Shown here in pieces: positions 8,587-17,960 of a stretch of 64,000 bases of DNA (position 1 is its first letter; every line of letters starts with the position of its first letter). Made by a program: the position numbers and the translations under genes. The stretch spans positions 416,001 to 480,000 of the forward strand of contig CBDBOV010000005.1 in NCBI GenBank assembly GCA_965208575.1, given 5' to 3'. The notes under the pieces are model-generated. The model ran no database searches. It had not been told where the DNA came from and was given only the letters and a program-made list of their open reading frames with translations. The DNA comes from Spirochaetia bacterium. Lineage in GTDB: Bacteria; Spirochaetota; Spirochaetia; SZUA-6; Bin103.

Positions 8587-9975
8587 ATGGCACGACGCAG
8601 ACACAGACGCAAGGGCAAGGGCAGTCGCACAGCGCAACCAAAGGTGATGCACCCGGACGCTGCCGGCTTGGACATAGGCGCTACCGAGGTGTACGCGGCT
8701 GTGCGCCCGGAGCGCGACCCGGACCCGATCCGGAACTTTGCTACGTTCACCGCGGACCTGCACGCCTTGGCCGACTGGCTCAAGGAATGCGAGGTCACCA
8801 CGGTGGCGATGGAGTCCACCGGTGTGTACTGGATTCCGGTGTATCAGATCCTGGAGGCACACGGCTTCGACGTGGTGCTGGTGAATGCGCGTCACGTGCA
8901 CTCGGTACCCGGTCGGAAGTCCGACGTGGCCGACTGCGAGTGGTTGCGCTACCTGCACTCGGTGGGATTGCTGCGCGGCTCATTCCGCCCTGCCGACGAG
9001 GTGTGTGCACTGCGCTCGGTGCTGCGCCATCGCGACACCTTGATCAAGATGGCGTCGCGCAGCGTGTTGCACATGCAGAAGGCGTACAGCCAGATGAACG
9101 TGCATCTGCACCATGCCATCTCTGACCTGACGGGGACGACCGGTCTGGCCATTACGGACGCTATCCTGGCGGGTGAGCGGGATCCGGCGCGGTTGGCCGC
9201 TCTGGCCGACCGGCGGATCAAAGCCAGCCGCGAGACCTTGATCAAGGCGCTGCAGGGCGACTGGCGCGCCGAGCACCTGTTGGCGTTGCGGCACGCGCGA
9301 GCGACCTATGCCCACTACCAACAACTCATCACGGAGTGCGATCAGGAAATCGAAGCCGGCATCCGCGCGTTCGAAGCCAGCAGCGAGCCACCCGGCGCGG
9401 TGGGCGACGACCCACCGGATGAGGGAATCGATGCGGAGCCCGAGGCGCCAACCGAGTCACCGGCCAAGCGGTTCGACCTGCGCGGCCACCTTACGCACCT
9501 GTTCGGCACTGACCTGACGCTGATTCCCGGCATCGGCGAAAGTACGGCGCTGGTTCTGTTCACCGAACTCGGCCCGGAACTGTCCCGCTTTCCGACCGCA
9601 CCGCAATTCGCCTCCTGGCTGCACCTGTGCCCCCACAACCAGATCACCGGCGGCAAGATCATCAGCTCGCACACCGGTCGGGGCACCAATCGGGCCGCCC
9701 AGGCGCTGCACTGGGCGACCCAGTCGTTGTACCGCAGCCCATCGGCCCTGGGCCAGCACTTCCGCCGCATGCGGGCGCGTCTGGGTACTCCCGAAGCGAC
9801 CACTGCAGTCGCGCATAAACTGGCTCGGATCATCTACCATCTGATCACGCATCGCGTGGCCTACGATGACAGCATCCTCGCCGCCGAGGAGCGCCAGGAC
9901 CGGCGCCGCTTTGAACGCCGGCTCCGAAGGCAGGCACACGCACTCGGTTATGAGCTTGTCCCGGAGGCCGCCTGA
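8587..9975 (+). CDS. IS110-family DEDD recombinase/transposase
   Basis: AGLDIG, MESTGVYW, KSDVADC (RuvC-like DEDD); IPGIG, FASWLHLCP and AVAHKLARIIY (C-terminal domain). GGAGG RBS before ATG 8587. Confidence 0.95.
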   Translation: MARRRHRRKGKGSRTAQPKVMHPDAAGLDIGATEVYAAVRPERDPDPIRNFATFTADLHALADWLKECEVTTVAMESTGVYWIPVYQILEAHGFDVVLVNARHVHSVPGRKSDVADCEWLRYLHSVGLLRGSFRPADEVCALRSVLRHRDTLIKMASRSVLHMQKAYSQMNVHLHHAISDLTGTTGLAITDAILAGERDPARLAALADRRIKASRETLIKALQGDWRAEHLLALRHARATYAHYQQLITECDQEIEAGIRAFEASSEPPGAVGDDPPDEGIDAEPEAPTESPAKRFDLRGHLTHLFGTDLTLIPGIGESTALVLFTELGPELSRFPTAPQFASWLHLCPHNQITGGKIISSHTGRGTNRAAQALHWATQSLYRSPSALGQHFRRMRARLGTPEATTAVAHKLARIIYHLITHRVAYDDSILAAEERQDRRRFERRLRRQAHALGYELVPEAA

Positions 9976-10374
9976 TTGTTGTTTCTCAGGAGTGAGGACC
10001 ACTATGTCCAGGTGCGGACTTCGGCGGGCTCGGCGCTGATCAAGATGCGGTTTGCGGAGGCCATCGCGGAGCTCGGCAGTGCGGGAATCCAGGTGCACCG
10101 TTCCTACTGGGTTGCTTTCCACCACATGAGGGGATTGACGAAGCGCGACCGGAAGCTGATGTTGCGGCTGAGCGGCGACCACCTCGTGCCGATAAGTGCC
10201 CGCCACCGTGTCGCGGTTCAATCGGCATTGCAATCGCCGAAGCAGGGCGTGAATTCGTCAGATTAGCGTCCGGAAGCAGCGAATTTCGCGAATTCGCTGC
10301 TGGTCGATGCAGACCGAAGCGCCTCACGCTTGCGGTCTCACCAATGGAGGCCATGCGTTGCCGATAATACTGGC

Positions 10375-10938
10375 ATGATGTGCGACAATGTTCGTTGCGG
10401 AGTTGTTCGTTGCGGAGTTCGTTGCGGATTGCTGATCCCGGTTCTGATTGTGTTCGGCGCGGCGCTTGGCGAGACGCAGACCCTTGACTGCGTTCCGGAT
10501 TGCCGCGGTGCAGACCTGGCAAACGCAAGCCTGGCGAATCTGAATCTGAACCGTGTTGACCTGGTCAATGCCGACCTGACCGACGCCGATCTGACGGGGG
10601 TGTCTCTGGTGGGAGCCGACCTGACCGGTGCTTCGCTGTTCTGCGCGACTCTGGTCGACGTCGACCTCACCGCCGCAACCCTGACCCGTGCCGACCTGCG
10701 GAAGGTGGACCTCTCCGGCAAGGGCGGCCCGCCTGCTACCTTGATTCGTGCCGATCTCACGGGCGCTGACCTCAGTAATGCGAATCTCAACGGCGCCGAC
10801 CTCCGAGGAGCGGACTTGAGCTACGTGAACTTGACCGACGCGTACCTCGGCAGCGCTATCCTGAACGGCGCGACCATGATAGACACGATCGGGTGCGACG
10901 ACAGTCGGCGGCTTCCCGGCTGCTACCCGGGCTCATAA
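10375..10938 (+). CDS. Exported pentapeptide-repeat protein
   Basis: Hydrophobic N-terminus, CVPDC, then many A(D/N)LxxA-type pentapeptides. Confidence 0.85.
   Translation: MMCDNVRCGVVRCGVRCGLLIPVLIVFGAALGETQTLDCVPDCRGADLANASLANLNLNRVDLVNADLTDADLTGVSLVGADLTGASLFCATLVDVDLTAATLTRADLRKVDLSGKGGPPATLIRADLTGADLSNANLNGADLRGADLSYVNLTDAYLGSAILNGATMIDTIGCDDSRRLPGCYPGS
10390..10428 (+). repeat. Three copies of GTTCGTTGCGGA (VRCG x3) in the pentapeptide gene 5' end
   Basis: Copies at 10390-10401, 10405-10416 and 10417-10428. Confidence 0.9.
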
Positions 10939-11319
10939 GTGCGTTTCGGGTGCCGGTCAACGGACCGGGGCGCAATGCAAAAGCCGCCGGGGTGACGATA
11001 ACCGGCTTGTGCAACAACCCGGGGCCCCGGCGGCAAGTTTTTCTCGTGCAGCCAATCGTGGGCGAAACGCTGAATTCGGTGAGTGCTCCGGCGATCGCCG
11101 CGGCAAAGATAGCAACCCAGGCGTGACAAATTGGGGAAAGTTCGTGAATGCTGCGGTTATTTCGTGAATTCGTCGATTTGTCCCGCTGCGGCAGAGTACG
11201 GACGCCAAGTATCGCTCGCACCTTGACGAAATCACGCACGGAATGACCTTCACTCGGGCAGGCGTCCGGCGCTTCGCCCGCGGCGGCGGCGCCGCGGTTG
11301 ACCTGGTCGGGATTCGCGC

Positions 11320-11620
11320 ACGGGGAGAGCGTGAGGGCCGTCCGCACCAGGTCTGCCCGGCGCACGATCCCGAGCTTGGCGTGGATCGGCTTCAGCAGTT
11401 CTCGGACGGTGCTCGGTGCGAGGCGGCCGCGACGTCCCGTATGGTGAGGCCATCGGCAGGTGCGGTTGCGAACCGGCCCTCCGCGGGCGTCAGGCCGAGC
11501 GCCGCCGCTACGTGGTCCGGGTCGACTGCCGCTTGTGCCGCCGGATCCCCGATCGGTGCCGGCGCCGCGCCGTGCCCGATACGGAAACCGCGGCTCCTGC
11601 GTCCGCGGGGGTAACGTGCC
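11320..11620 (-). pseudogene. Frameshifted LuxR-type HTH regulator remnant
   Basis: One frame reads DPDHVAAALGLTPAEGRFATAPADGLTIRDVAAAS; another continues STVRELLKPIHAKLGIVRRADLVRTAL. These are the two halves of a LuxR HTH. Boundaries approximate. Confidence 0.65.
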
Positions 11621-11845
11621 GCGCGAGCCGCGGCGACCCCGCCAGCCGCGCAACCGTCATTGAACCGCTCGCATCCGGGAGCCCGGAACGTGGCACGGCC
11701 CGAGAGGCGCGGCGATCGTCGGCGCGCGCCGGGCGGGCGCCGGGCCGCTATGCCTTCCGTTCAACCTTTTGTATACTATTGGCAGTTAACGGTTTTTCGC
11801 ACGGCCCCACCTCGCGGGCCCTCGACCTCATCTATCTGTACTTCT

Positions 11846-13861
11846 ATGACATTCCACGAGCTCGACCTTGATCCGAAGCTCCTGCAGGCGATTGACGAAC
11901 TGGGATTCACCCACTGTACGCCGGTGCAGGAGCAGACCTTCGTTTACAGTCTTATCGGTGCCGACGTGGCGGTCCAGTCGCAGACCGGCACCGGCAAGAC
12001 CGCCGCATTTCTGATCAGCATATTCCAGTTGTTCCTGGAGCAGCGCAGCCTCGATGACTGCGTCGCGCTGGTGGTCGCCCCCACCCGCGAACTCGCCGAC
12101 CAGATCGAAGACGACGCGCGCCTGCTCGGCAAGCACCTCGACGTTCCCATCGCCAGCTTCTACGGCGGGGTGGGCTACGCCAAGCAGGAGCGGGCACTGC
12201 AGGAGGGTGTGCGCCTGGCGATCGGCACCCCGGGGCGCCTGCTGGACTTCACCGAGCAGCGCAAGCTGGACCTGCGCAAGGTGGGCATCCTGGTGATCGA
12301 CGAGGCCGACCGCATGTTCGACATGGGATTCATCCCCGACCTGCGCCGGTTGATCCGGCAGATGCCGGGGCGGGACGAGCGCGTCACCATGTTGTACAGC
12401 GCCACCCTCTCGACGCGCGTCAAGACCCTGGCCTTCGACTACATGCGCAGCCCGGCCGAGATCACCATCACCCCGGAGCGGGTCACCGTCGACGAAATCT
12501 CGCAGGAGCTGTACCACGTCTCCCGCGAGCGCAAATTCAGCCTGTTGCTCGGCCTGATGGCGCGCGACCAGCCGGAAAACGCGCTGATCTTCACCAACAC
12601 CAAGCAGGCGGCGTTCGAACTCGCCACCCGCATGCAGCGCAATGGCCTCGCCTGCGAGTACATCATAGGCGACCTGCCGCAGAGCAAGCGGCAGAGCCTG
12701 ATCGACCAGTTGAAGGCGGGCGAGCTGCGCTACCTGGTGGCGACCGACGTGGCGGCGCGCGGCCTGCACATCGAGGGACTCGACCTGGTGGTCAATTACG
12801 AGCTTCCCGAGCACAGCGAGAACTACGTGCACCGAATTGGGCGCACCGCTCGCGCGGGGCGTAGCGGCAAGGCGGTCGCCCTGGCGTGCGAGGAGTGGGT
12901 GTTCGCGCTGCAGGGGATCGAGGAGTTCATCCGCAATCCGATACCGGTGTCCAAGGCCACCGACGACCTCTACCTGGAGGACATTACCGGCGGCGCGCGG
13001 CTCGGACACTACCTCGGGGGACGCGCTCGCGACGACCGCCGCCGTTCCGGCGCCGGCCGCGGCAGCGGGCGGGGTCCTGGCGGGCGCGGCGCCGGAGACC
13101 GCGGACGGCGCACTCCGGAGATGGTCGGCGCCGGCGGGGCGCGCGCCCGGCAGTCGCGCAGTGCCCGCCCCGAAGCGGCTCCCGCGGCGGCCCGCGATCG
13201 CACGCCGGGGGCACGCGCGCAGCACGCGCAACGCACCGAGCACAATGGCGCGGCGTCCGGTACTCGCGCAGGGTCCGGCACGCCGCGCGGGTCCGATACG
13301 GGCCGCGTGGCCGAGGGAGGCCGCGGGCGCAGCCGGAGCCGCAGCCGCGGACGCCGGAGCGGCGGCGCACCACGGTCGGCGGCCGGCGCCGTGTCCGCCG
13401 CCGGTGACGCGCCGGTGGCCGGCAACCGGCCGCCCGGCGACCGCGCGAATCGCGGCACACCCGCGCAGCGCAGCGGCGGCGATCGGACCCGGGGTGCCGG
13501 GCGGCCGGCGTCCGGGAACGGCAGCCGATCGCGGCCCCGTACTGCGGAGGAGCGCCTCGCCTACTACCGGGAGAAGTACGGCGAGGACTTCAAGGTGGTA
13601 GAGAAGCCCGCGGCACCGGCCAGGAGCCAAACCGAGGCGCCGGCCGGGAGGCAAACCGCGACACCTCCCAGGAGGCAAACCGCGACACCTCCCAGGAGGC
13701 AAACCGCGACACCTCCCAGGAGGCAAACCGCGGCACCGGCCGGGAGCCAGACGGAGTCGGCGCCCGCCGCGGTCAGCGAGCACGCGCCGGACAAGGCACG
13801 CGGGTTTTTCTCGCGCCTGCTCGGCCGGCGCTCGCGCGCGGCACGCAAGTCGGGCGCCTGA
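11846..13861 (+). CDS. DEAD-box RNA helicase (RhlB-like) with a long R/G/A-rich disordered tail
   Basis: QTGTGKT, PTRELA, DEADRM, SAT and HRIGRTAR motifs. Start ATG 11846. Confidence 0.93.
   Translation: MTFHELDLDPKLLQAIDELGFTHCTPVQEQTFVYSLIGADVAVQSQTGTGKTAAFLISIFQLFLEQRSLDDCVALVVAPTRELADQIEDDARLLGKHLDVPIASFYGGVGYAKQERALQEGVRLAIGTPGRLLDFTEQRKLDLRKVGILVIDEADRMFDMGFIPDLRRLIRQMPGRDERVTMLYSATLSTRVKTLAFDYMRSPAEITITPERVTVDEISQELYHVSRERKFSLLLGLMARDQPENALIFTNTKQAAFELATRMQRNGLACEYIIGDLPQSKRQSLIDQLKAGELRYLVATDVAARGLHIEGLDLVVNYELPEHSENYVHRIGRTARAGRSGKAVALACEEWVFALQGIEEFIRNPIPVSKATDDLYLEDITGGARLGHYLGGRARDDRRRSGAGRGSGRGPGGRGAGDRGRRTPEMVGAGGARARQSRSARPEAAPAAARDRTPGARAQHAQRTEHNGAASGTRAGSGTPRGSDTGRVAEGGRGRSRSRSRGRRSGGAPRSAAGAVSAAGDAPVAGNRPPGDRANRGTPAQRSGGDRTRGAGRPASGNGSRSRPRTAEERLAYYREKYGEDFKVVEKPAAPARSQTEAPAGRQTATPPRRQTATPPRRQTATPPRRQTAAPAGSQTESAPAAVSEHAPDKARGFFSRLLGRRSRAARKSGA
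13603..13746 (+). repeat. 24-bp tandem repeat (3 identical and 3 degenerate units; QTATPPRR)
   Basis: GCAAACCGCGACACCTCCCAGGAG at 13651, 13675 and 13699, with variant units on either side. Confidence 0.93.
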
Positions 13862-13874
13862 TCAGCCGGGACAG

Positions 13875-14720
13875 GTGAGCGCCCGCGTCATCAAGGGCGG
13901 GCCGGTTGCGGCGCGCATCCGGGCCGAGGTGAAGGCCGCGGTCGGCGAAGTGCCGCCGGTACTGCAGGTGCTGCTCGCCGGCGACGACCCCGGTTCACGC
14001 TGGTACGCCCAGGCCAAGGCGAAGCTCGGCGCCCGACTCGGCATCACCGTGCAGTTGGAGCGGTTTCCGGCGACCTGCACGAGTTCCGCATTACTGGCGT
14101 CGATCGCGCACTGGAACGAGGATCCTTCCATACACGGCATACTGGTGGAATTGCCGCTGCCCGCGGGCGTGGACAAGGCGCGGGTGCTGGCGGCGATCGA
14201 TCCGCGCAAGGACGTGGACGGGGTCACGCCGGCGAACCGCGGCCTGCTGTTCGGCGCCGCCGAGCAGCGCGCCCTGTTGCCGGCTACGCCGCTGGCCTGT
14301 CTGGAGCTGCTCGCAGAAGTACCGGTCCGGCCGGAGGGCAAGCTCGCCGCCGTGGTGGGCCGCGGCGACACGGTCGGGCGCCCGCTGGCCGCGCTGCTGG
14401 TGACCCGCCATGCAACCGTCACCGTGTGTCACACCCGCACGCCCGACCTCGCGGCGGTGGTGCGCAACGCCGACTTGGTATTCGCCGCCGCCGGGCGGCC
14501 CGGTGTGGTCACCGGCGCAATGATCCGCCCAGGCGCCACCGTGATCGACGCCGGCATCACCGAGGTGGACGGTGGACTGGCGGGAGACGTGGAGTGGGAG
14601 ACGGTCACCGCGGTGGCCGGCGCGGTCACCCCGGTACCGGGCGGGGTGGGCTCGGTGACCACCTCGATCATCATGCGCAACGTGCTGCGCGCCCGCGCGC
14701 TGCAGCGCGAACACGAATGA
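13875..14720 (+). CDS. folD: Bifunctional methylenetetrahydrofolate dehydrogenase/cyclohydrolase
   Basis: YxxxK, GILVELPLP, KDVDG, VGRPLA and TPVPGGVG motifs. Confidence 0.93.
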   Translation: MSARVIKGGPVAARIRAEVKAAVGEVPPVLQVLLAGDDPGSRWYAQAKAKLGARLGITVQLERFPATCTSSALLASIAHWNEDPSIHGILVELPLPAGVDKARVLAAIDPRKDVDGVTPANRGLLFGAAEQRALLPATPLACLELLAEVPVRPEGKLAAVVGRGDTVGRPLAALLVTRHATVTVCHTRTPDLAAVVRNADLVFAAAGRPGVVTGAMIRPGATVIDAGITEVDGGLAGDVEWETVTAVAGAVTPVPGGVGSVTTSIIMRNVLRARALQREHE

Positions 14721-14797
14721 GACCGGACGGACGCAGACCGGCCATGCGAACCGGCAGGAGCAGCAGCGGGAACACCATTCGGCGGGGGCAACACGAG

Positions 14798-15445
14798 ATG
14801 GCTGACGAACAGGACGCCGGGCAGCTCCTCGATCTGCCGGTCGGCGAGTTGCTCGCTCGCACCGCTTCGGCGTCGCCAACGCCGGGCGGCGGCTCGGTGG
14901 CGGCGGTGACCGGCGCGCTGGCAAGCGCGCTGGTAGCAATGGTGGCCCGGCTGACGGACCGCAAGAAGGGCTACGAGCAGGCGTGGGAGCTTGCCGGCGA
15001 GTCGGTCGATCGCGCTGACCGGCTCACGGCGGACCTGCAGGCCGCCGCGCTGGAAGACGTGCGCAGCTTCGAGGCATACATGGCCGCGCTGCGCCTGCCG
15101 AAAGGGTCGCCGGAGGAGCGGCAGGCGCGCCGTGCAGCCCTGGCAGCGGCCACCCGCCGCGCTACCGCGGCGCCGTTGGCGATTGCCGCCGCGTGCGCCG
15201 AGATACTGCACGTGGCCGAACGGCTGGCGCCGGTGGCGAACCGGCACGCCGTGTCGGACATCGGCGCGGCGGCCCACCTGGCTGCCGCCGCGGCCGGCGC
15301 AGCCCTGCTGACCGCGGAGATAAACCTCGGATCCGCTCCAGAAGGTGCATTTTTCGCAGAGGCACGTGAGCAGACGGCCAAATTACGCTCTAATGTCACC
15401 AAAACATCATCACTCGTCATAAAGTCCGTCGAAAATAGCATTTAG
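14798..15445 (+). CDS. Cyclodeaminase/cyclohydrolase family protein (FTCD C-terminal/FchA-like)
   Basis: SPTPGGGSVAA..GALASALVAMVARLT and AVSD motifs, adjacent to folD. Alternative start at 14717. Confidence 0.88.
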   Translation: MADEQDAGQLLDLPVGELLARTASASPTPGGGSVAAVTGALASALVAMVARLTDRKKGYEQAWELAGESVDRADRLTADLQAAALEDVRSFEAYMAALRLPKGSPEERQARRAALAAATRRATAAPLAIAAACAEILHVAERLAPVANRHAVSDIGAAAHLAAAAAGAALLTAEINLGSAPEGAFFAEAREQTAKLRSNVTKTSSLVIKSVENSI

Positions 15446-15602
15446 ATTGACATAAACTTCTCATCTATCCATTCCTTGGGCCGATTTAATTGGCCACAGT
15501 GAGAAATTGACCGGAAAACCGGATGATTTTCTCCCTCAGTGCTTGCCATGACGAGCGAAACCAGTCATATTCTCCTCTCTAATCGATCGAGGAGGGCGAC
15601 CC

Positions 15603-17333
15603 ATGGCATCATTGGATCAAAATGGCTACGATGGTGGCCAGGCATTGGTGAAGGCGCTGGAAAACGAGGGCATTGAGTACCTGTTCGGGCTCTCCGGCGG
15701 GGCGGCGCTGCCGATTTTCGACGCACTGGTCTCGACCGACAACAAGATGAAGTTCGTCCTGGTGCGGCATGAGCAGGGCGGCAGCCACATGGCCGACGGC
15801 TACGCCCGCGCCACCGGCAAGCCGGCCGTGGTGCTGGTCACCAGCGGCCCGGGCGCCACCAACACGCTGACCGGGATCATGACCGCGCACATGGATTCGG
15901 TGCCGATGCTGGTGGTAACCGGCCAGCAGGTCACCGGCATGCTCGGCAAGGACGCCTTCCAGGAGGCGGACATCTTCGGCATCACCATGCCGATCGTGAA
16001 GCACAGCTACCTGGTCAAGGACACCGACGCCATCCCGCGCATCGTGCGCGAGGCGTACCACATTGCCACCACCGGGCGGCCCGGGCCGGTACTGATCGAC
16101 GTGCCCAAGGACGTGAGCCAGGCGATGATGGGCAACGGCTCCTACCAGGCGATGGACATCCCCGGCTACGAGGTGCCCGAGGAAGGCGACCGCGACGTGA
16201 TCGTGCAGGCGGCCGCGGCTCTCAACGAGGCGAAGCGGCCGGTTATCCTGGTCGGCCACGGCGCACTTATCGCCAAGGCCTCCGACTCGGTGCGCCGCCT
16301 GGCGGAGCGCCTGCAGGCGCCGGTCACCACCACGCTGCTCGGCAAGGGCGCGTTCCCGGAGACCCACCCGCTGTCGCTGGGCATGCTCGGCATGCACGGC
16401 ACCGCCTACGCCAACAAGGCGATGGTGGAGTGCGACCTGGTGATGTCGATCGGGTCCCGCTTCGACGACCGCATCATCGGCCAGCCGCACCGCTTCTGCC
16501 GCAACGCGACGGTGATTCACGTCGACATCGATCCCGGTGAGAACGGCAAGATGATCCGGCCCGACCACTTCATCCAGGGGGACGCGCGGCTCGTGGTGGA
16601 GGAGTTGATCAAGCACGTCACCCGCCTCGACACCGAGGCCTGGCTGCACCGGCTCGACCGCTACAAGGTCAAGTTCCCGCTCAAGTACCGCAAACAGGGC
16701 GGCCTCAAGATGCAGCACATCATCGATGAGTTGTACAAGCTCACCGAGGGCAAGGCGATCGTCTCCACCGACGTGGGCCAGCACCAGATGTGGGCGGCGC
16801 AATTCTACAAGACCGACTACCCCGAGAACTGGCTCAGCTCCGGCGGCGCCGGCACCATGGGGTACGGCTTCCCGGCGGCCATCGGCGCCCAGTTCGGGCG
16901 GCCCGACGACCCGGTGCTGGCGATCGTCGGCGACGGCGGCTTTCAGATGACCATGTGCGAGCTGGCCACGGCGTGCATCCACCGGCTGCCGGTCAAGGTG
17001 ATCGTGCTCAACAACCACTACCTGGGCATGGTGCGGCAGTGGCAGGAGCTGTTCTACGACGAGCGCGAGAGCGGCGTCGACCTGGAGGGCAACCCCGACT
17101 TCGCCAAGCTGGCCGAGTCGTTCGGGGCCAAGGGCTTCACCCTGCGCCGCCCCGGCGACGTGCGTCGCATCCTGACCAAGGCGCTGGAATACAACGACGG
17201 CCCGTGCGTGATCAACGCCGAGGTGGAGAAGACCGACAACGTGTTCCCGATGATCCCGGCCGGCAGCGCCCTGGAAGACATGATCGTGGAGCCGCCCAAG
17301 GTGAAGCTCGCCAAGCCCACCGGTTCGACCTAG
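15603..17333 (+). CDS. ilvB: Acetolactate synthase large subunit
   Basis: [27 protein letters not shown] and GDGG...NN TPP motif. Confidence 0.96.
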   Translation: MASLDQNGYDGGQALVKALENEGIEYLFGLSGGAALPIFDALVSTDNKMKFVLVRHEQGGSHMADGYARATGKPAVVLVTSGPGATNTLTGIMTAHMDSVPMLVVTGQQVTGMLGKDAFQEADIFGITMPIVKHSYLVKDTDAIPRIVREAYHIATTGRPGPVLIDVPKDVSQAMMGNGSYQAMDIPGYEVPEEGDRDVIVQAAAALNEAKRPVILVGHGALIAKASDSVRRLAERLQAPVTTTLLGKGAFPETHPLSLGMLGMHGTAYANKAMVECDLVMSIGSRFDDRIIGQPHRFCRNATVIHVDIDPGENGKMIRPDHFIQGDARLVVEELIKHVTRLDTEAWLHRLDRYKVKFPLKYRKQGGLKMQHIIDELYKLTEGKAIVSTDVGQHQMWAAQFYKTDYPENWLSSGGAGTMGYGFPAAIGAQFGRPDDPVLAIVGDGGFQMTMCELATACIHRLPVKVIVLNNHYLGMVRQWQELFYDERESGVDLEGNPDFAKLAESFGAKGFTLRRPGDVRRILTKALEYNDGPCVINAEVEKTDNVFPMIPAGSALEDMIVEPPKVKLAKPTGST

Positions 17334-17355
17334 CGGCTACGGAGAAGGCAAGGCA

Positions 17356-17871
17356 ATGGACCAAGGCAAGGCAATGGACAACGGATCGATACACACGCTC
17401 AGTGCCCTGGTGGCCAACAAGCCCGGCGTGCTGGCGCGCATCGCCCAGGTGTTCGCGCGCCGCGGCTTCAACATCGAGTCGCTGGTGGTGTCGCCGTCCA
17501 AGGATGGCGACTACTCGCGCATGACCATCGGCACGACCGGCGCGCAGGGCGGCCTCGATCAGATTCTGGCCCAGGTCAACAAGCTGGTGGACGTGCTGCA
17601 CTGCTACGATCACACATTCGACAACGCCGTGGTGCGCGAGTTGGCGCTGGTCAAGGTGGCGGTCGGCACCGGTGAGCGCACCGAGGCGCTGCAGATCGCC
17701 CAGCACTTCGGCTGCCGGACCGAGGACCTGACCGAGGAGTCGATGATCGTGATGGGCACCGGCGCCACCGAGAAGATCGACGCCCTGATCAGCATGCTGC
17801 GCAAGTTCACCATCGTCGAAATGGTGCGCACCGGCAAGGTAGTGATGGTCCGCGGCGAAGGCTCCACCTGA
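17356..17871 (+). CDS. ilvN: Acetolactate synthase small (regulatory) subunit
   Basis: ACT domain NKPGVLARI...RRGFNIESL; RELALVKV; EMVRTG. Confidence 0.95.
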   Translation: MDQGKAMDNGSIHTLSALVANKPGVLARIAQVFARRGFNIESLVVSPSKDGDYSRMTIGTTGAQGGLDQILAQVNKLVDVLHCYDHTFDNAVVRELALVKVAVGTGERTEALQIAQHFGCRTEDLTEESMIVMGTGATEKIDALISMLRKFTIVEMVRTGKVVMVRGEGST

Positions 17872-17960
17872 CCCTGACGCCGCCACCCATCCGCCATGTC
17901 ACTCGATCCCGAACGGACAGGCTACGCTGCCGCCTCGCCCCGGCGACTGAAGGTGTGGGA

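Larger units (their letters stand above)
8320..9992 (+). mobile_element. IS110-family element (about 1673 bp), no terminal inverted repeats, duplicated (G)AG core
   Basis: Left junction CTCAAGAG|CTATCC, right junction CTCAGGAG|TGAGG. Long left non-coding end and very short right end. Confidence 0.92.
7568..10266 (+). pseudogene. Membrane-anchored LytTR-domain regulator interrupted by IS110 (5' part to 8319, 3' part from 9993)
   Basis: N-terminal TM helices run to LGSDVIFLK-S. After the IS the frame continues EDHYVQVRT...QVHRSYWVA...VPIS, the LytTR signature. Removing the IS restores an intact frame. Start codon uncertain. Confidence 0.88.

Noticed and set aside
9976-9992. Promoter formed at the IS110 circle junction
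   Set aside because: TTGTTG to TATCCC spacing would be only 12 bp; an internal TATAGT at 8372 is more plausible.
13603-13746. Regularly spaced repeats as a possible CRISPR array
   Set aside because: Units are contiguous with no unique spacers, stay in frame within the helicase, and no cas genes are present.
15446-15602. Attenuator leader peptide or T-box upstream of ilvB
   Set aside because: No Leu/Val/Ile-rich leader ORF, T-box sequence or clear terminator was seen; only an AT-rich promoter-like region.
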